From Thecamonas trahens ATCC 50062 (Eukaryota > Protista > Apusomonadida), in assembly GCF_000142905.1 (NCBI RefSeq), contig NW_013657670.1:459498-523497 (forward strand): 64,000 bases of DNA, in the 5' to 3' direction. Shown here in pieces: positions 31,649-42,404 of this stretch (positions are counted from its first letter, which is position 1; each line of letters begins with the position of its first letter). The position numbers and the translations under genes were made by a program. The notes below the pieces were generated by a model that did not search any database, was not told where the DNA came from, and saw only the letters and a list, made by a program, of their open reading frames with translations.

Positions 31649-34600
31649 TCATTGACCCTGCTCACCCCCGCTCACAGTGGTAGCCTCGACGTCAAATAGA
31701 CTCGAGAGCGACGGCCGCGTTGACGAGTCCATCGGCGTCGACGGCACATACTCCGAGGTACTTTGCGTGGGAAGCTCGCGCATGGAGACACCCCGCCTCT
31801 TGCCAGAAGTCGCAGGCGTGATCAACGACGACGAACCTCCAGACGAGTTGGTCGAGAGGACCGCCACCACGTGCCGCTTGGCCACCGGCCAGACCATGAC
31901 GTCACGCCAGATGTAAAACTGAACAAAGGCAGCAACGGTGTCAAATATCACCCACCGGACGAGGAGGCACCCGATCCACGACCCGAGGATGGTCGAGGTT
32001 GTGAACCGCTCGCTGTACGACGCCGCCACGCCGACCACAGAGCCGGCGAGCATGACCACAAGCGCAAAGGCAAACTCGGCCGCGGCGCACACAATGCCGC
32101 CCACAAACACAAGGCCGCGAAGCCGCTCCAACCGTGCGCTTCGCGACCGGAGCAGCGCCCGCATGACCGGTGTGCCAAAGACGAGCGAGAGCGCCCAGCC
32201 GACAAAGAGCGAGGCGATAAACACAAGGATCCGCCCGCCGGTAGTCTCCGCAACCTGTGCAAAGTGAGAGGCGTTGGTGAGTGGAACGGTGACGACGGCG
32301 ACGAGCATGGCGCCCGATGACAGCGCCAGCGCCACCAACCGCCCGCCGCGCGAGTACGGATCAGCCGAGCCGCGTGGCATGACCAGCATGCCCACGACCG
32401 CGTGCGTCGCTCGGAGCTTTGCCCACACGTTACGGGCTGGAACAAGCCCGTCCATCCGCTCCGAGTCGAGACTCGAGACCTTGAGCACCTTGCGGCGCTT
32501 GATGAGGGTGGTGATTGCGAGCGCGACAAAGATAACTGTCACGATTGCGATGGTGTACGACGCAGGGTCGGCCGCCGACGCCAGCGCCGCCGCGGTGCCA
32601 ACCGCTGCCGGCGGCAGGAGTTCGCAACGCGACGGTTCGCCCGTCGAGCCGCCTGCGCACTCCCAGCCAGACTCTGTCGCGCATTTGGCGCAGCCGTCGC
32701 CAGCGATCAGGTTGTAGTCGTCGCAGTCTTCGCCGTCCTCGATGATGCCGTTGCCACAGGTAGCTGGGCAATCAAAAAGCCCGCTGTCGCCGGTGGCGTC
32801 GACAACTGCGCCGGCCATGCATGTCGGGCTCACCTGTTGGTGGGTCACGTTTGCCAGGCCGAGCACCACGTTGCCACACAGCCGCGACGAGCCAGTCAGC
32901 ACGATACCCGCCGGCTCGCCAGTCTCAATGCACGCGATTCCGGCACCAGCAGTGCTGCCGTTGTTGCTCACAAAGTGGATGTTGGCCGCAGCACCGGCTC
33001 CCAACGTCCCGCCGAGCAGCAGCGCTGTGCCGTAGTTCTCCGAAATAGTCACCATCGATAGCGTCGAATCGGACGACGGACCGACGTAGACAACGGCAGA
33101 GCCTGCAGTCGGCGCGCGGTTGTTGGCCAGCCGCGACTCGACAAGGTCGACCGACGCGTTGGTCCCGAGGCGGATGATCGACTGTGATCCGCTGAACACG
33201 TGCTCTTCCACCACTAGCCCGCGCAGCATCAGCCGCGTGCCCGACGACGGCGACCGCTCGGCAGAGACGGCCGCGCCGCCCGATCCAGCCGTGCTCGCGC
33301 CTCCGTCGGCACCCGACCCACGGACCGCAGGGTTGTTCTCGGCGAGTGCGTTGCGCGCAAAGGTGAGGTACGCAACAAGCCCGCCACCGCCGGCGTGCAG
33401 CCCGCCGCCACGCGGCGCCGTGTTGCCAGTCACACTCCCGCCAATGATGGTGACGTTGGCACCAGCGAGGAGTGCGAGGCCGCCGCCGAGCCCACTCGCG
33501 CTGTTGCCCTCGACTGTGATGTGTGCCAGCGAGGCGTGCGCAAGGCTTGGGCCGGTGGCGCGGACGCACACGCCGCCGCCGTTGGCAGCAGCGTTGCGGG
33601 CGAGACGGGAGGTGTCGAGCTGGAGCGCGGGTCCGGCGTTGGTCATTGCCAGCCCGCCGCCGCAGCCGCCGGCCACGTTGTCTTCGAGCGTAGTCCCGGT
33701 CACGGCCATGGCGCCGGTCACCGAACGGAACTCGAGTCCGCCGCCGTCGGCAGCCGCCGAGTTTCGGGAAAACATGTTGAGCGCGAGGACCGGCTCCGAG
33801 TTGTGGGCGATGGCCGATGGCCCGATGAGCGCTCCGCCACCGCGAGCCGCCGTGTTGCCCTCAAACGTGCAACTGGAGACTTTGGTAGTCGCCGCAGTCC
33901 ACGAGGCGAGGGCAAGGCCACCGCCACCGTCGGCCGCATCAGTACCGCCTGCGATGTTGCCAGTCACCGCCACCCGTTCGACGACGATCGAGTCGGCCCC
34001 GACGGCATGGATGCCGCCGCCAGAGCCACCACTTGCGTCGTTCGGCGCAACCGAGCTGTCGGCGACACTCAGACTCGCGCCCACCCGGACGTCCAGCCCG
34101 CCGCCGGAGTCGCTTGCCACGTTGGCGGTGACGTTGACGGCGGTCAGCTGAGTGGAGCTGCCTGCGCCGAGCGCGAGCGCACCGCCAGACCCGCCGCTTG
34201 CTTGGTTGGAACCAAGCGTGGTGTTGGAGACGCGGAACGTGGCGAGGCGAGCATACACGCCACCGCCGCCAATCGCCCCGCCTGCGACATTGTGCTCCAG
34301 AACTGAGGCCGAGATGGTGACGTCGGAGGCGGTGGCAGCGCCCGAGGCGGCAGGCGGTGTAACAGCGACAGCGCCACCGGGTCCGCTGGCCGAGTTGTGG
34401 GCAAAGCGAGGTCGGAGACGACCACGTTCTGCGCCTCGACGACAGCGAGGGCGCCGCCGGCAGCAGCGGCATTGTGCTCCAGCCGCGAGCTGGTGAGCGA
34501 GACCTGCTGCGCCGCAGAGGTGGCGGTCAGGTGGATAGCGCCACCGTAGCTGTCGGCGGTGTTGCCCACCAGCTCCGATTGGGTGAGTGAGAGAGCCGCT

Positions 34601-35601
34601 GAAGCGACGTGGATGCCGGCGCCGGAGCCTGGGGAGGAATTGCCAGTAATGTTGAGGGTTCCACCGGTGACGGCGGCGTCGGTAAAGGCGCCGAGCGCAC
34701 CACCGGTGTTGTGCACAAAGGTGGATGCAGCAAAAGAGGCGATGGCGCCGGAAGAGGCACCCGCGGCAGCAGCCGGGCCTGGGGCAGAGTTTCCCTCAAA
34801 GTGGCAGTTGGAGACTGCGGCGCGGGTGCCGACCAAAGCGACGGCGCCGCCGCGGTCTGCCGAGGCACCCGACGCCGAGTTGGCAGAAATGTGCAGCTTG
34901 TCGAGGACGACAGTCTGGGCGATAGAGACCGCGGCCGGCGACGAGGCGGTGGCGAGGATGGCCGCGCCGTATCCGGCCGAGTTGGCCGAGAACGTTGATG
35001 AGCGGATCGTGACCGGATCCGCGCTCGAGGAGGCGACGCCATCAATAGCGAGCGCGGCGCCGGCGACCGACGCCGAGTTGCCGACAAATGTGCAATTCTC
35101 GATGGTGGCGGCCGAGTTAAACAACGCCAGACCAGCGCCGGTACCAGCAAGAGCATCGCCAGTGGTGGCGATGACATTGTTCTCGAAGCGGAGATTGACC
35201 AGGCGTGGCGAGCCGCCACGAACAAGCAGACCGGCACCACGGCCCATCTCGCCCATGCCCGAGCCTATGAGATGAGCACCTCGGAAGATGACGTTGTGAA
35301 GAACAGCATCGGAATTGTCAAGAATGAGGGCACGCGAAGGCGGCGGATCGGCAGAGCAATCAAAGATGACGCCAAAGGGTGTAAGCGGTGAAATGACGAG
35401 ACCACCGACCCCAATGGTGATTCCCGAGCCGCAGCCTGTGTACGTCCCGTCGGCGAGCACGATCTCGTCTCCGAACGATGCCAGAGCCAGCAAGGTCTTG
35501 ACCAATGTCAGCGAACAACAGGGAATGTTGATAATGGCCGCAGCAGTCATCGTTGGCACAAGGACGAGCGCCAGGGCCACCACCAAGACGACCACCTTCA
35601 T
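31649..35601 (-). CDS. Large cell-surface protein: GG(A/G)-FxxN beta-helix repeats, Myxococcus-type cysteine-rich repeat and multipass membrane region (frameshift ~34404)
   Basis: Signal peptide and many 'N.A..GG[AG][LIV]' / 'F..N' repeats. CGNGIIEDGEDCDDYNLIAGDGC..C..E.GWEC matches the DUF4215-type repeat. About five hydrophobic helices at the C-terminus. Confidence 0.8.
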
Positions 35602-36300
35602 TTTGTTCTTCTCTTAGGGTATTNNNNNNNNNNNNNNNNNNNNNNNNNNNNNNNNNNNNNNNNNNNNNNNNNNNNNNNNNNNNNNNNNNNNNNNNNNNNN
35701 NNNNNNNNNNNNNNNNNNNNNNNNNNNNNNNNNNNNNNNNNNNNNNNNNNNNNNNNNNNNNNNNNNNNNNNNNNNNNNNNNNNNNNNNNNNNNNNNNNNN
35801 NNNNNNNNNNNNNNNNNNNNNNNNNNNNNNNNNNNNNNNNNNNNNNNNNNNNNNNNNNNNNNNNNNNNNNNNNNNNNNNNNNNNNNNNNNNNNNNNNNNN
35901 NNNNNNNNNNNNNNNNNNNNNNNNNNNNNNNNNNNNNNNNNNNNNNNNNNNNNNNNNNNNNNNNNNNNNNNNNNNNNNNNNNNNNNNNNNNNNNNNNNNN
36001 NNNNNNNNNNNNNNNNNNNNNNNNNNNNNNNNNNNNNNNNNNNNNNNNNNNNNNNGGGGGGGGGGGGGGGAGGAAGAGAGGTTGAGGGATGATGCGTGTG
36101 GGGCTATGGGAATTGTGGGGAGGGGGGGGAGTGGGGGGGGGGGGGGGCAAGGCGGCAAGGCGGCCTCGGCAATTGGGGCTGCGGATGAGGTGCGGGAGTG
36201 GGCCGGGTGTGGAGCGGGAGAGTGCGGACAAAGAAGAGCAAGGCAACGTGTCAAGGTCACACTTGTCGCGCCACCGGCGGCACTTTTGGTCGACTGGACG

Positions 36301-37632
36301 ATGGCGGCGGTTGAGGAGCGACGGCGGATTGTGGCCGTGATCGGGACGACGGCTGTGGGAAAGTCCAAGCTGGGGATGGCACTGGCACTGGCGCTGGATG
36401 GCGAGATCGTGTCGTGCGACTCGATCCAGGTCTACGCTGGCCTTCCGCTTGCATCGAATCAGCCGACTGCGGCCGAGCTCGCTGCTGTCCGGCATCATCT
36501 TGTGGGCCACGTGGCGATGGACGGCACGTACTCTGTGCATCAGTTTGTGGCCGAAGCGCATGCTGCGATCGACGACATTTTCGCTCGCGGCAAGGTCCCG
36601 ATTGTGGTCGGCGGCACGCACTACTACCTCAACGCGCTGGCTGTGGCGCCTCTGCCGAGCGCTCAGCTCGCGGCAGCAGTGGCTGCCGCCGATCCATCTG
36701 CTGCAGTCGACGCCTCGCACCTCGATCTTGCGGCCCTGGCGCAGGCTGATGATGCCACGGCGCACGCGGCTCTGGCGTCGGTTGATCCGGTGACGGCGGC
36801 GCGGACGCACCCGAGCGCGCGGCGGAGCGTGAACACGGCGCTGCGGACGGTGGTCCAGACCGGCGTCCGGCACTCGAACGTGGTCAAGGCACAGCGTGCG
36901 GCTCCCGAGCCCGCGCGGTACGAGCCGCTGCTGTTGTGGCCGCGGGCGGAGTTGGACGTGCTCGACGCCCGTATTGACGCCCGGGTCGACGCCATGGTCG
37001 ACCGCGGCCTGCTCGCCGAGCTCGACGCAGCAGCCGAGCTGCTGGCGAGTGGTGGCGCGAGTCAAGGCGGCGACGCCGGGCTTGTGCAGGCCATTGGTCT
37101 CAAGGAGTTTGCGCCGTACCTGGAGAGCCGGACGAGCGCGGCGCTGGAAGCATGCTTGGTGCAGCACAAGCTGGCGACACGGCAGTACGCCCGAAGCCAG
37201 ATCAAGTACATCCGCAACGTGTTTGTCAGGCGTGGGGTCAAGGTCTACCCGCTCGACGCCACCGACGACTCGGCGAGTGGCTGGGAGGCTGCGGTCAAGG
37301 CGCCAGCCGAGGCTGCGGCGCGGGCGTGGCTGGCCGGGAGCGAGGTGGGGCTGTCGGCCGAGAAGGCGCCAGCCGAGGAGGCTCACGATCCGTGGGCGGT
37401 CTTTACATGTGAGCTTTGCGGCGGTCGAACGCTCCGCGGCGAGCATGAGTGGAAAGCGCACATGCGGTCGCAGGGCCACCGGCGGCGGGTGCGAAAGCAG
37501 AGAAAGCGCGGACAGAAGCGGCGACGGAAGGACGAGCGCGATCGGGAGGCGGAGGACGCCGGGTCGGCGTCGGGCGAGCCGCGAAAGCGGAGCGGTGGAC
37601 GGGGCGAGATCAGCGGCGCTCACGGTACATAG
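36301..37632 (+). CDS. TRIT1: tRNA dimethylallyl(isopentenyl)transferase with C-terminal C2H2 zinc finger
   Basis: VIGTTAVGKS, EIVSCDSIQVY, HHL, VVGGTHYY, RI..RVD.M...GLL.E, QAIGLKEF and TRQYARSQ motifs. Eukaryotic zinc finger CELC..W..H.RS..H. Confidence 0.93.
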   Translation: MAAVEERRRIVAVIGTTAVGKSKLGMALALALDGEIVSCDSIQVYAGLPLASNQPTAAELAAVRHHLVGHVAMDGTYSVHQFVAEAHAAIDDIFARGKVPIVVGGTHYYLNALAVAPLPSAQLAAAVAAADPSAAVDASHLDLAALAQADDATAHAALASVDPVTAARTHPSARRSVNTALRTVVQTGVRHSNVVKAQRAAPEPARYEPLLLWPRAELDVLDARIDARVDAMVDRGLLAELDAAAELLASGGASQGGDAGLVQAIGLKEFAPYLESRTSAALEACLVQHKLATRQYARSQIKYIRNVFVRRGVKVYPLDATDDSASGWEAAVKAPAEAAARAWLAGSEVGLSAEKAPAEEAHDPWAVFTCELCGGRTLRGEHEWKAHMRSQGHRRRVRKQRKRGQKRRRKDERDREAEDAGSASGEPRKRSGGRGEISGAHGT

Positions 37633-39462
37633 TGACGAGAAAGAGGTAGGCGAGAGCGCGGAAAGCGACGATCTCGGCAGCAAGGATGCCAAAGCAGAGC
37701 GGGAGATTGACGCTCGCCATGCCGTAGCCTTGCAGAAAGGCCGGCCCGTCAGGAATGCAGGTCAGGATGTTGTCGCCGCAGTCAAAGGTGAGGCTCTCAA
37801 ACTCGTTGTGGACAGCGATGCGAAAGGCGTAGCGAAAGAATGAGAGCTCAAGGAGCGGGAGGTAGGGCGCCGGGACCTGGGAGGCCTTGATGAAGAAGCC
37901 GGCAAAGAGGAAGCCGAGAACAAGGGTGACGGAGCCGATGATCTGCGCAACGCGGGCGCCGGGACAGGCGGCGCCGGTGGCGAGCATGAGCGAAGCCGAG
38001 ACGGTGGTGGTGAGGACAACGGCGCCGAGGAGTGTGACAAAGTGGGTGAGGCCCGGAACAAAGCCGACCATCCAGTAGGCGATGGAGAGCTGGAGCGACG
38101 GCCAGAAGAAGGTCTGCGGGAGCTCGATGGCGGTGCGGGCGATAAAGTAGGCAAGCGGGTGGTAGAGGCCGGCGCCACGCTCGCGCTGAAAGAGCGGGCG
38201 GTGCTCGATAAAGGTCTGCATGATGGAAAAGGTGGAGAAGGCGTTCTGGATGAGGACAAACATGAGGGCGCCAAGCCGCGACTGGATGGAGGCCTGCGAG
38301 CGGCCGACTTGCCAGTAGAGAGTGCCAACGAGGAGGGTCATGAAGAGCGTCTGCGCGAGGCGGACATGGGTGGTAAAGGGCGAGCGGCGGGTGACAGTGA
38401 CCTCGCGCCAGACCAGCGTTGCGATCTGGGTTCGCACGCCCGGCAGGCCGCGGGGAGGCGTGCCATCGCTGTCGGAGAGCACGCACTGTGACGGGCGGGC
38501 GGCATTGAGCGCAGCCTCGGGACTAGGGAGCCTGGTGGCTGAGTCGGCCGCTTCAGCGGCGGCCCAAAGCCGAGGCGCGTCGCCGGCCATTTCAGCCTGG
38601 ACGATGGTGTCGAGGAGAACATCGGCCGGGTTGATGAACCGCTTGCCGAGCTCGAGAGTCACGCCGGCGGGAGAAGGACGGCGGCGAGGGCACCATCAGC
38701 CGGGCCAAAGTACACGGTGCGACCGAGCGAGAGGAGAAGCAGGTCGTCAAACAGCTCAAAGAGGGCGGCGCGCGGCTGGTGGAGGGTGAGGACGATGGTC
38801 CGCGAAGAAGCGACCGCCAGGTCCTTGAGGATGCGGACTACGTGGAGGGCGTTGAAGGCATCGAGGCCAGTGGTAGGCTCGTCGAGGAAGAGGGCGCCCG
38901 GCGAGGTGACAAGCTCAACACCGATGGCCACCCGCTTCTTCTGGCCGCCCGAGATGCCGCGCTTGGTGAGGGCGTTGCCGACTAGCGCGTCGGCGACGTC
39001 GGCAAGGCCGAGCTGATCGATGATAGCGCTGACGCGGCTTGCCATGTCCGACTGAGAGACGCCGCGCAGCCGCAGCCGCGCCGAGAACATCAGTGTCTCG
39101 CGGACAGTCAGCAGTCCCTCGAGATGGTCGTCCTGGAGAACGTAGCCGATGTCGCGCTTGTACTCGGCGAGCGCAGCCTGGTGGCCAGCCAGTAGCGGTA
39201 CGCCATTGGCAGCCAATGATCCCTTGAGCAGACCCTGGGCCTTGCGACAGGCGAGGATGTCGAGCAGTGTCGTCTTGCCTGATCCGCTTGCGCCCATGAT
39301 GACCAGCAGTCGTCCAGGTCTCGCACATCCGCTCACGCCATGCAGGATGCGCAGCGGGGACGCAGCGCCCTTGACCTCGACCTCGTACTGGAGATTGTCA
39401 AAGGTGACCCGGCGACCGGGGCGGAGTGTGGCAGGCGGGAGGAGGGCGGTTGCTTCGGTCAT
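37610..39462 (-). CDS. ABCG (White-family) half transporter (frameshift ~38670)
   Basis: Walker A GASGSGKT, signature ISGGQKKR, LFLDEPTTGLD, LHQP and YFGP. NPAD and a 6-TM ABC2 membrane domain (F.RER..GLY) follow. Confidence 0.92.
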
Positions 39463-39617
39463 CGTGGTGGGCGGGGGGTGGGGGGGGGGCGGGGGGGATG
39501 GGGGTGTGGCGCACGGGGCACGCGGACAGACACGTGGCGGATGTGCGGGCGGGGCTCAGGTTTAGTTGCGAGTTGCGATAGGCTTAGCCCTGTGTACTTG
39601 GGCGTGCTTGGGCGTGC

Positions 39618-40967
39618 TTAGGCGTCGTCGGCGGCATCGGCGGCGGCGGCCTGGTCGTGACCGGCAGCCTCGGCCTCGAGGTACTCGCGGAGGTTGAAGC
39701 CGCACTGCGGGCAGTTCTTGACCATGGCGAGCTTGGCGAGGGCGGCGTCGAGCTCGGCGAGGGCGTCCTCCTTGGTCATGTTCGCGCGGCGCTCGGCCTC
39801 TGCGCGCTCTGCGGCGAGAAGGGCCTCCTCCTTCTCAGCCCAGGCGTTCTTGAGGAGGGTGACGTACATCTTGATGGCCTTGTCGTCGGGGGCAAAGCCG
39901 GCCAGATCCTCGGCGTCGAGGAGCTTGGGCACGTCGAGCTTGAGGAGGGCGGCATCAAAGACCGAGTTGAGGAGCGCGCGGGCCTTGGTGGCGACGACGT
40001 CGTCCTCGGACTGGTCGACCGAGTCGTTGTTGAAGATGGTGGGCGAGAACGAGTCGAGGAGGGCGGCAAAAGCCTTGCCGTCCTGCCACGACTTGGAGAA
40101 CTCGGTGACCTTGACGTTCGGGTAGCGCTCCTTGTCATTGACACGCTCCTGGACCCAGGCGAGGAGCTCGGCGGCGTTGTCGTTGGAGCCAAAGTGGAGG
40201 AAGAGCTGCCAGATAAAGCCGAGGACCATCTTCTCCGAGTCGTCGAGGATCTCTTCGACGTGGATGTCGGGATGGTAGTCGACCGAGTTGAGGACGTTGA
40301 ACGCCAGCTGGACGTTCTCCTGCTTGTGGATGCGCATCTTGGGCTTGGCCACATGCTTCTGGGCCTTGTTCCCGGTCAGGATCTCCACAAAGGGAATGAG
40401 CATGAGGCCGTCATCAAAGACCTCCGAGAGGTCCTTGTCGCGCGGCAGGACCATGCTCCGCTCAGCGAGGCGCGAGTTGACCCATGCCGAGAAGGCCTGC
40501 CGTCAGAACAAAGGCGAACGAACAAATTGGTTGGTGTTCCGCAGGCACGCGTGTGGCGAGGGGGGTGGGGGGGGGAGGAGGAGGAGGGAGGGGAGGGGGN
40601 NNNNNNNNNNNNNNNNNNNNNNNNNNNNNNNNNNNNNNNNNNNNNNNNNNNNNNNNNNNNNNNNNNNNNNNNNNNNNNNNNNNNNNNNNNNNNNNNNNNG
40701 GGGGGGAGGGGGCGGTGGCAGTGGCAGTGGCGGTGGCAGTGGCGGTGGCGATGGCGGTGGCTGGGGTGTGTGGCTGGGGTGGCGAAGAATTTGCCAGTGG
40801 CCAGTGGCCAGTGGCCAGTGACCAGTGGCTGGGGTGGGGGAGGGGAGGCCGGCGTGGGCAAACGGCATGAGAGGGTGGAGGGGGGGGGGGGGGGGGCGTA
40901 CCTTCTTCTGCTGAGGAATCCAGATATCGGCGGCCATGCCGGCTGCGGACATACGACGGTCTGCCAT
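39618..40967 (-). CDS. Tandem calponin-homology (CH1-CH2) actin-binding protein; exons 40967-40902 and 40496-39618
   Basis: A GT(40901)..AG(40497) intron gives WIPQQKKAFSAWVNSRL. Actinin-type ABD motifs DG..L..F.EILT, MRIHK.EN, LGFIWQL, LLAWVQ, FSKSWQDG.AF.AL and PKLLD.ED..PD.KAI..YV. Confidence 0.9.
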
Positions 40968-41185
40968 TGTGTGGTGTGTGTGAGAGAGGAAGAGGAGTGT
41001 GGAAACGACTGGCGGGTCGAGGTGGCGGTGGAGCAGGTTGAGGTTGCGGCGTTCGTTTGTTCCGGCCGACCATGTCAATTTGTTGGCGGGTCAGATGAGA
41101 AGCGTTTCTTGCCCGGGATGACGTCGCAAGGTTGGGCTAGTTGTGCTATTCTTCTTGGCTGATGTGTGCACAATGCGCTCGTTCT

Positions 41186-41462
41186 GATGCAGTGGTGATC
41201 AGTCCAGTGAGGAGACCATACATCGGCATCGAGCCATGTCGCTCCCCAACGATTCCTCTCGCACAAATAATCGATGCCGACGCCGATCCCCCGCAGCAGA
41301 GTGGGCTCGCCATGAACGACCAACCTGACCATCGCCCTCACCGTCACCCACTCCGACTCTTCCGCTGCTTCCGATGCGGTGATCATTCCAGTGAGGAAGT
41401 CATACGTCAGCATCGAGCCATGCCGCTCCCCAACGATTCTTCTCGTACAAATAATCGTTGCC
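41186..41462. repeat. Imperfect ~90-bp direct repeat (41186-41278 and 41373-41462)
   Basis: Both copies read gatgc.gtgatca.tccagtgagga...cata...gcatcgagccatg.cgctccccaacgattc.tctcg.acaaataatcg.tgcc. Confidence 0.85.
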
Positions 41463-41505
41463 AGAGGCAGAGGCCGATCCACCGCTCTCACGCCTCTCAC
41501 CCCAC

Positions 41506-42333
41506 ATGGACCGTATCCTTGTCGCGCTTGTCTGCACGGTCCTCATGGCGTGCGGCACTGCTGCTAGCAACAGCGGGAGCTGTCGCCCTCTTCTCGGCGC
41601 CCCGACGGCAAGCGTCGTCCGCGGGCCAGTCACCTCGCTTCCGTTCTGCTGGGAGTACGCCGCCGACTCTTGCTGCGACGCCGAGGCGGCTGCGGCCCTC
41701 CGTCTCCGAGCCATGTCGATGCTGCCGGATACGCCGCCTGCTTGTACATCCATGCTCGCCCGCCTCATCTGCACGCCGTGTGCGGGCCCGCTTGCCGCAG
41801 GCGACTCGCCAGGCCTCTGTCCGGCGCTCTGCTCGGAGGCCACGCGTGCGTGTGTCGATGCCTTCTTCACGGCAACCTCTGCCGTTGCCCCGCTCGTGCC
41901 CTGCTCCTCCTCCTCGATCATCTGCTCCTCGCTCGACGACATCCTCGCCTCGCGCTCCACAGACAACCTGTGCGAGCTCATGGGTCTCCCGCTCGCGCCC
42001 TCGGATGATGACTGCTTTGATGCCACCACCATCGCCCACGCTCCCTCCAGCGACGACGGAAGCAAGCCGGCCGGCTCGCCCGGTTCGTCGGCAGGCGCCC
42101 GCGCTCGTGCCCGTGCCTCGCGCTCGTACCGCGGCTGGCGTAAATGGCTCAAGTGGGCCAATCTTGCGCCGCTGCTGAGTGCCATCGCCGTCATCGCCCT
42201 TGGTGTCGGCTTTTGGCGCTGGCGCAAGGCCGCTGCCCGCCCACTGTCGGCCAAGGAGATCCGGGCCAAGCGCGCCAGCTTTTACGGCGCAAAGGGCAAG
42301 GGCAAGGGCAAGGGCAAAGGCAAGGGCAGGTGA
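41506..42333 (+). CDS. Folate-receptor-family (Cys-rich FRBD) single-pass membrane protein
   Basis: Signal peptide, pattern C..FC..Y...SCC..C....C.PC..LC..LC....AC, a C-terminal TM and a (KG)n tail. Confidence 0.7.
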   Translation: MDRILVALVCTVLMACGTAASNSGSCRPLLGAPTASVVRGPVTSLPFCWEYAADSCCDAEAAAALRLRAMSMLPDTPPACTSMLARLICTPCAGPLAAGDSPGLCPALCSEATRACVDAFFTATSAVAPLVPCSSSSIICSSLDDILASRSTDNLCELMGLPLAPSDDDCFDATTIAHAPSSDDGSKPAGSPGSSAGARARARASRSYRGWRKWLKWANLAPLLSAIAVIALGVGFWRWRKAAARPLSAKEIRAKRASFYGAKGKGKGKGKGKGR

Positions 42334-42404
42334 CGGCTGTGTGTGGCAAAGTTTATGTGTTTCGGCTCAACCCCAGTGGCGCAAGCCTCGGCAGGCTGTT
42401 GCGC

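Noticed and set aside
31649-35601. Bacterial autotransporter or contamination
   Set aside because: No beta-barrel domain. The C-terminus has alpha-helical TMs and the composition matches the flanking eukaryotic genes.
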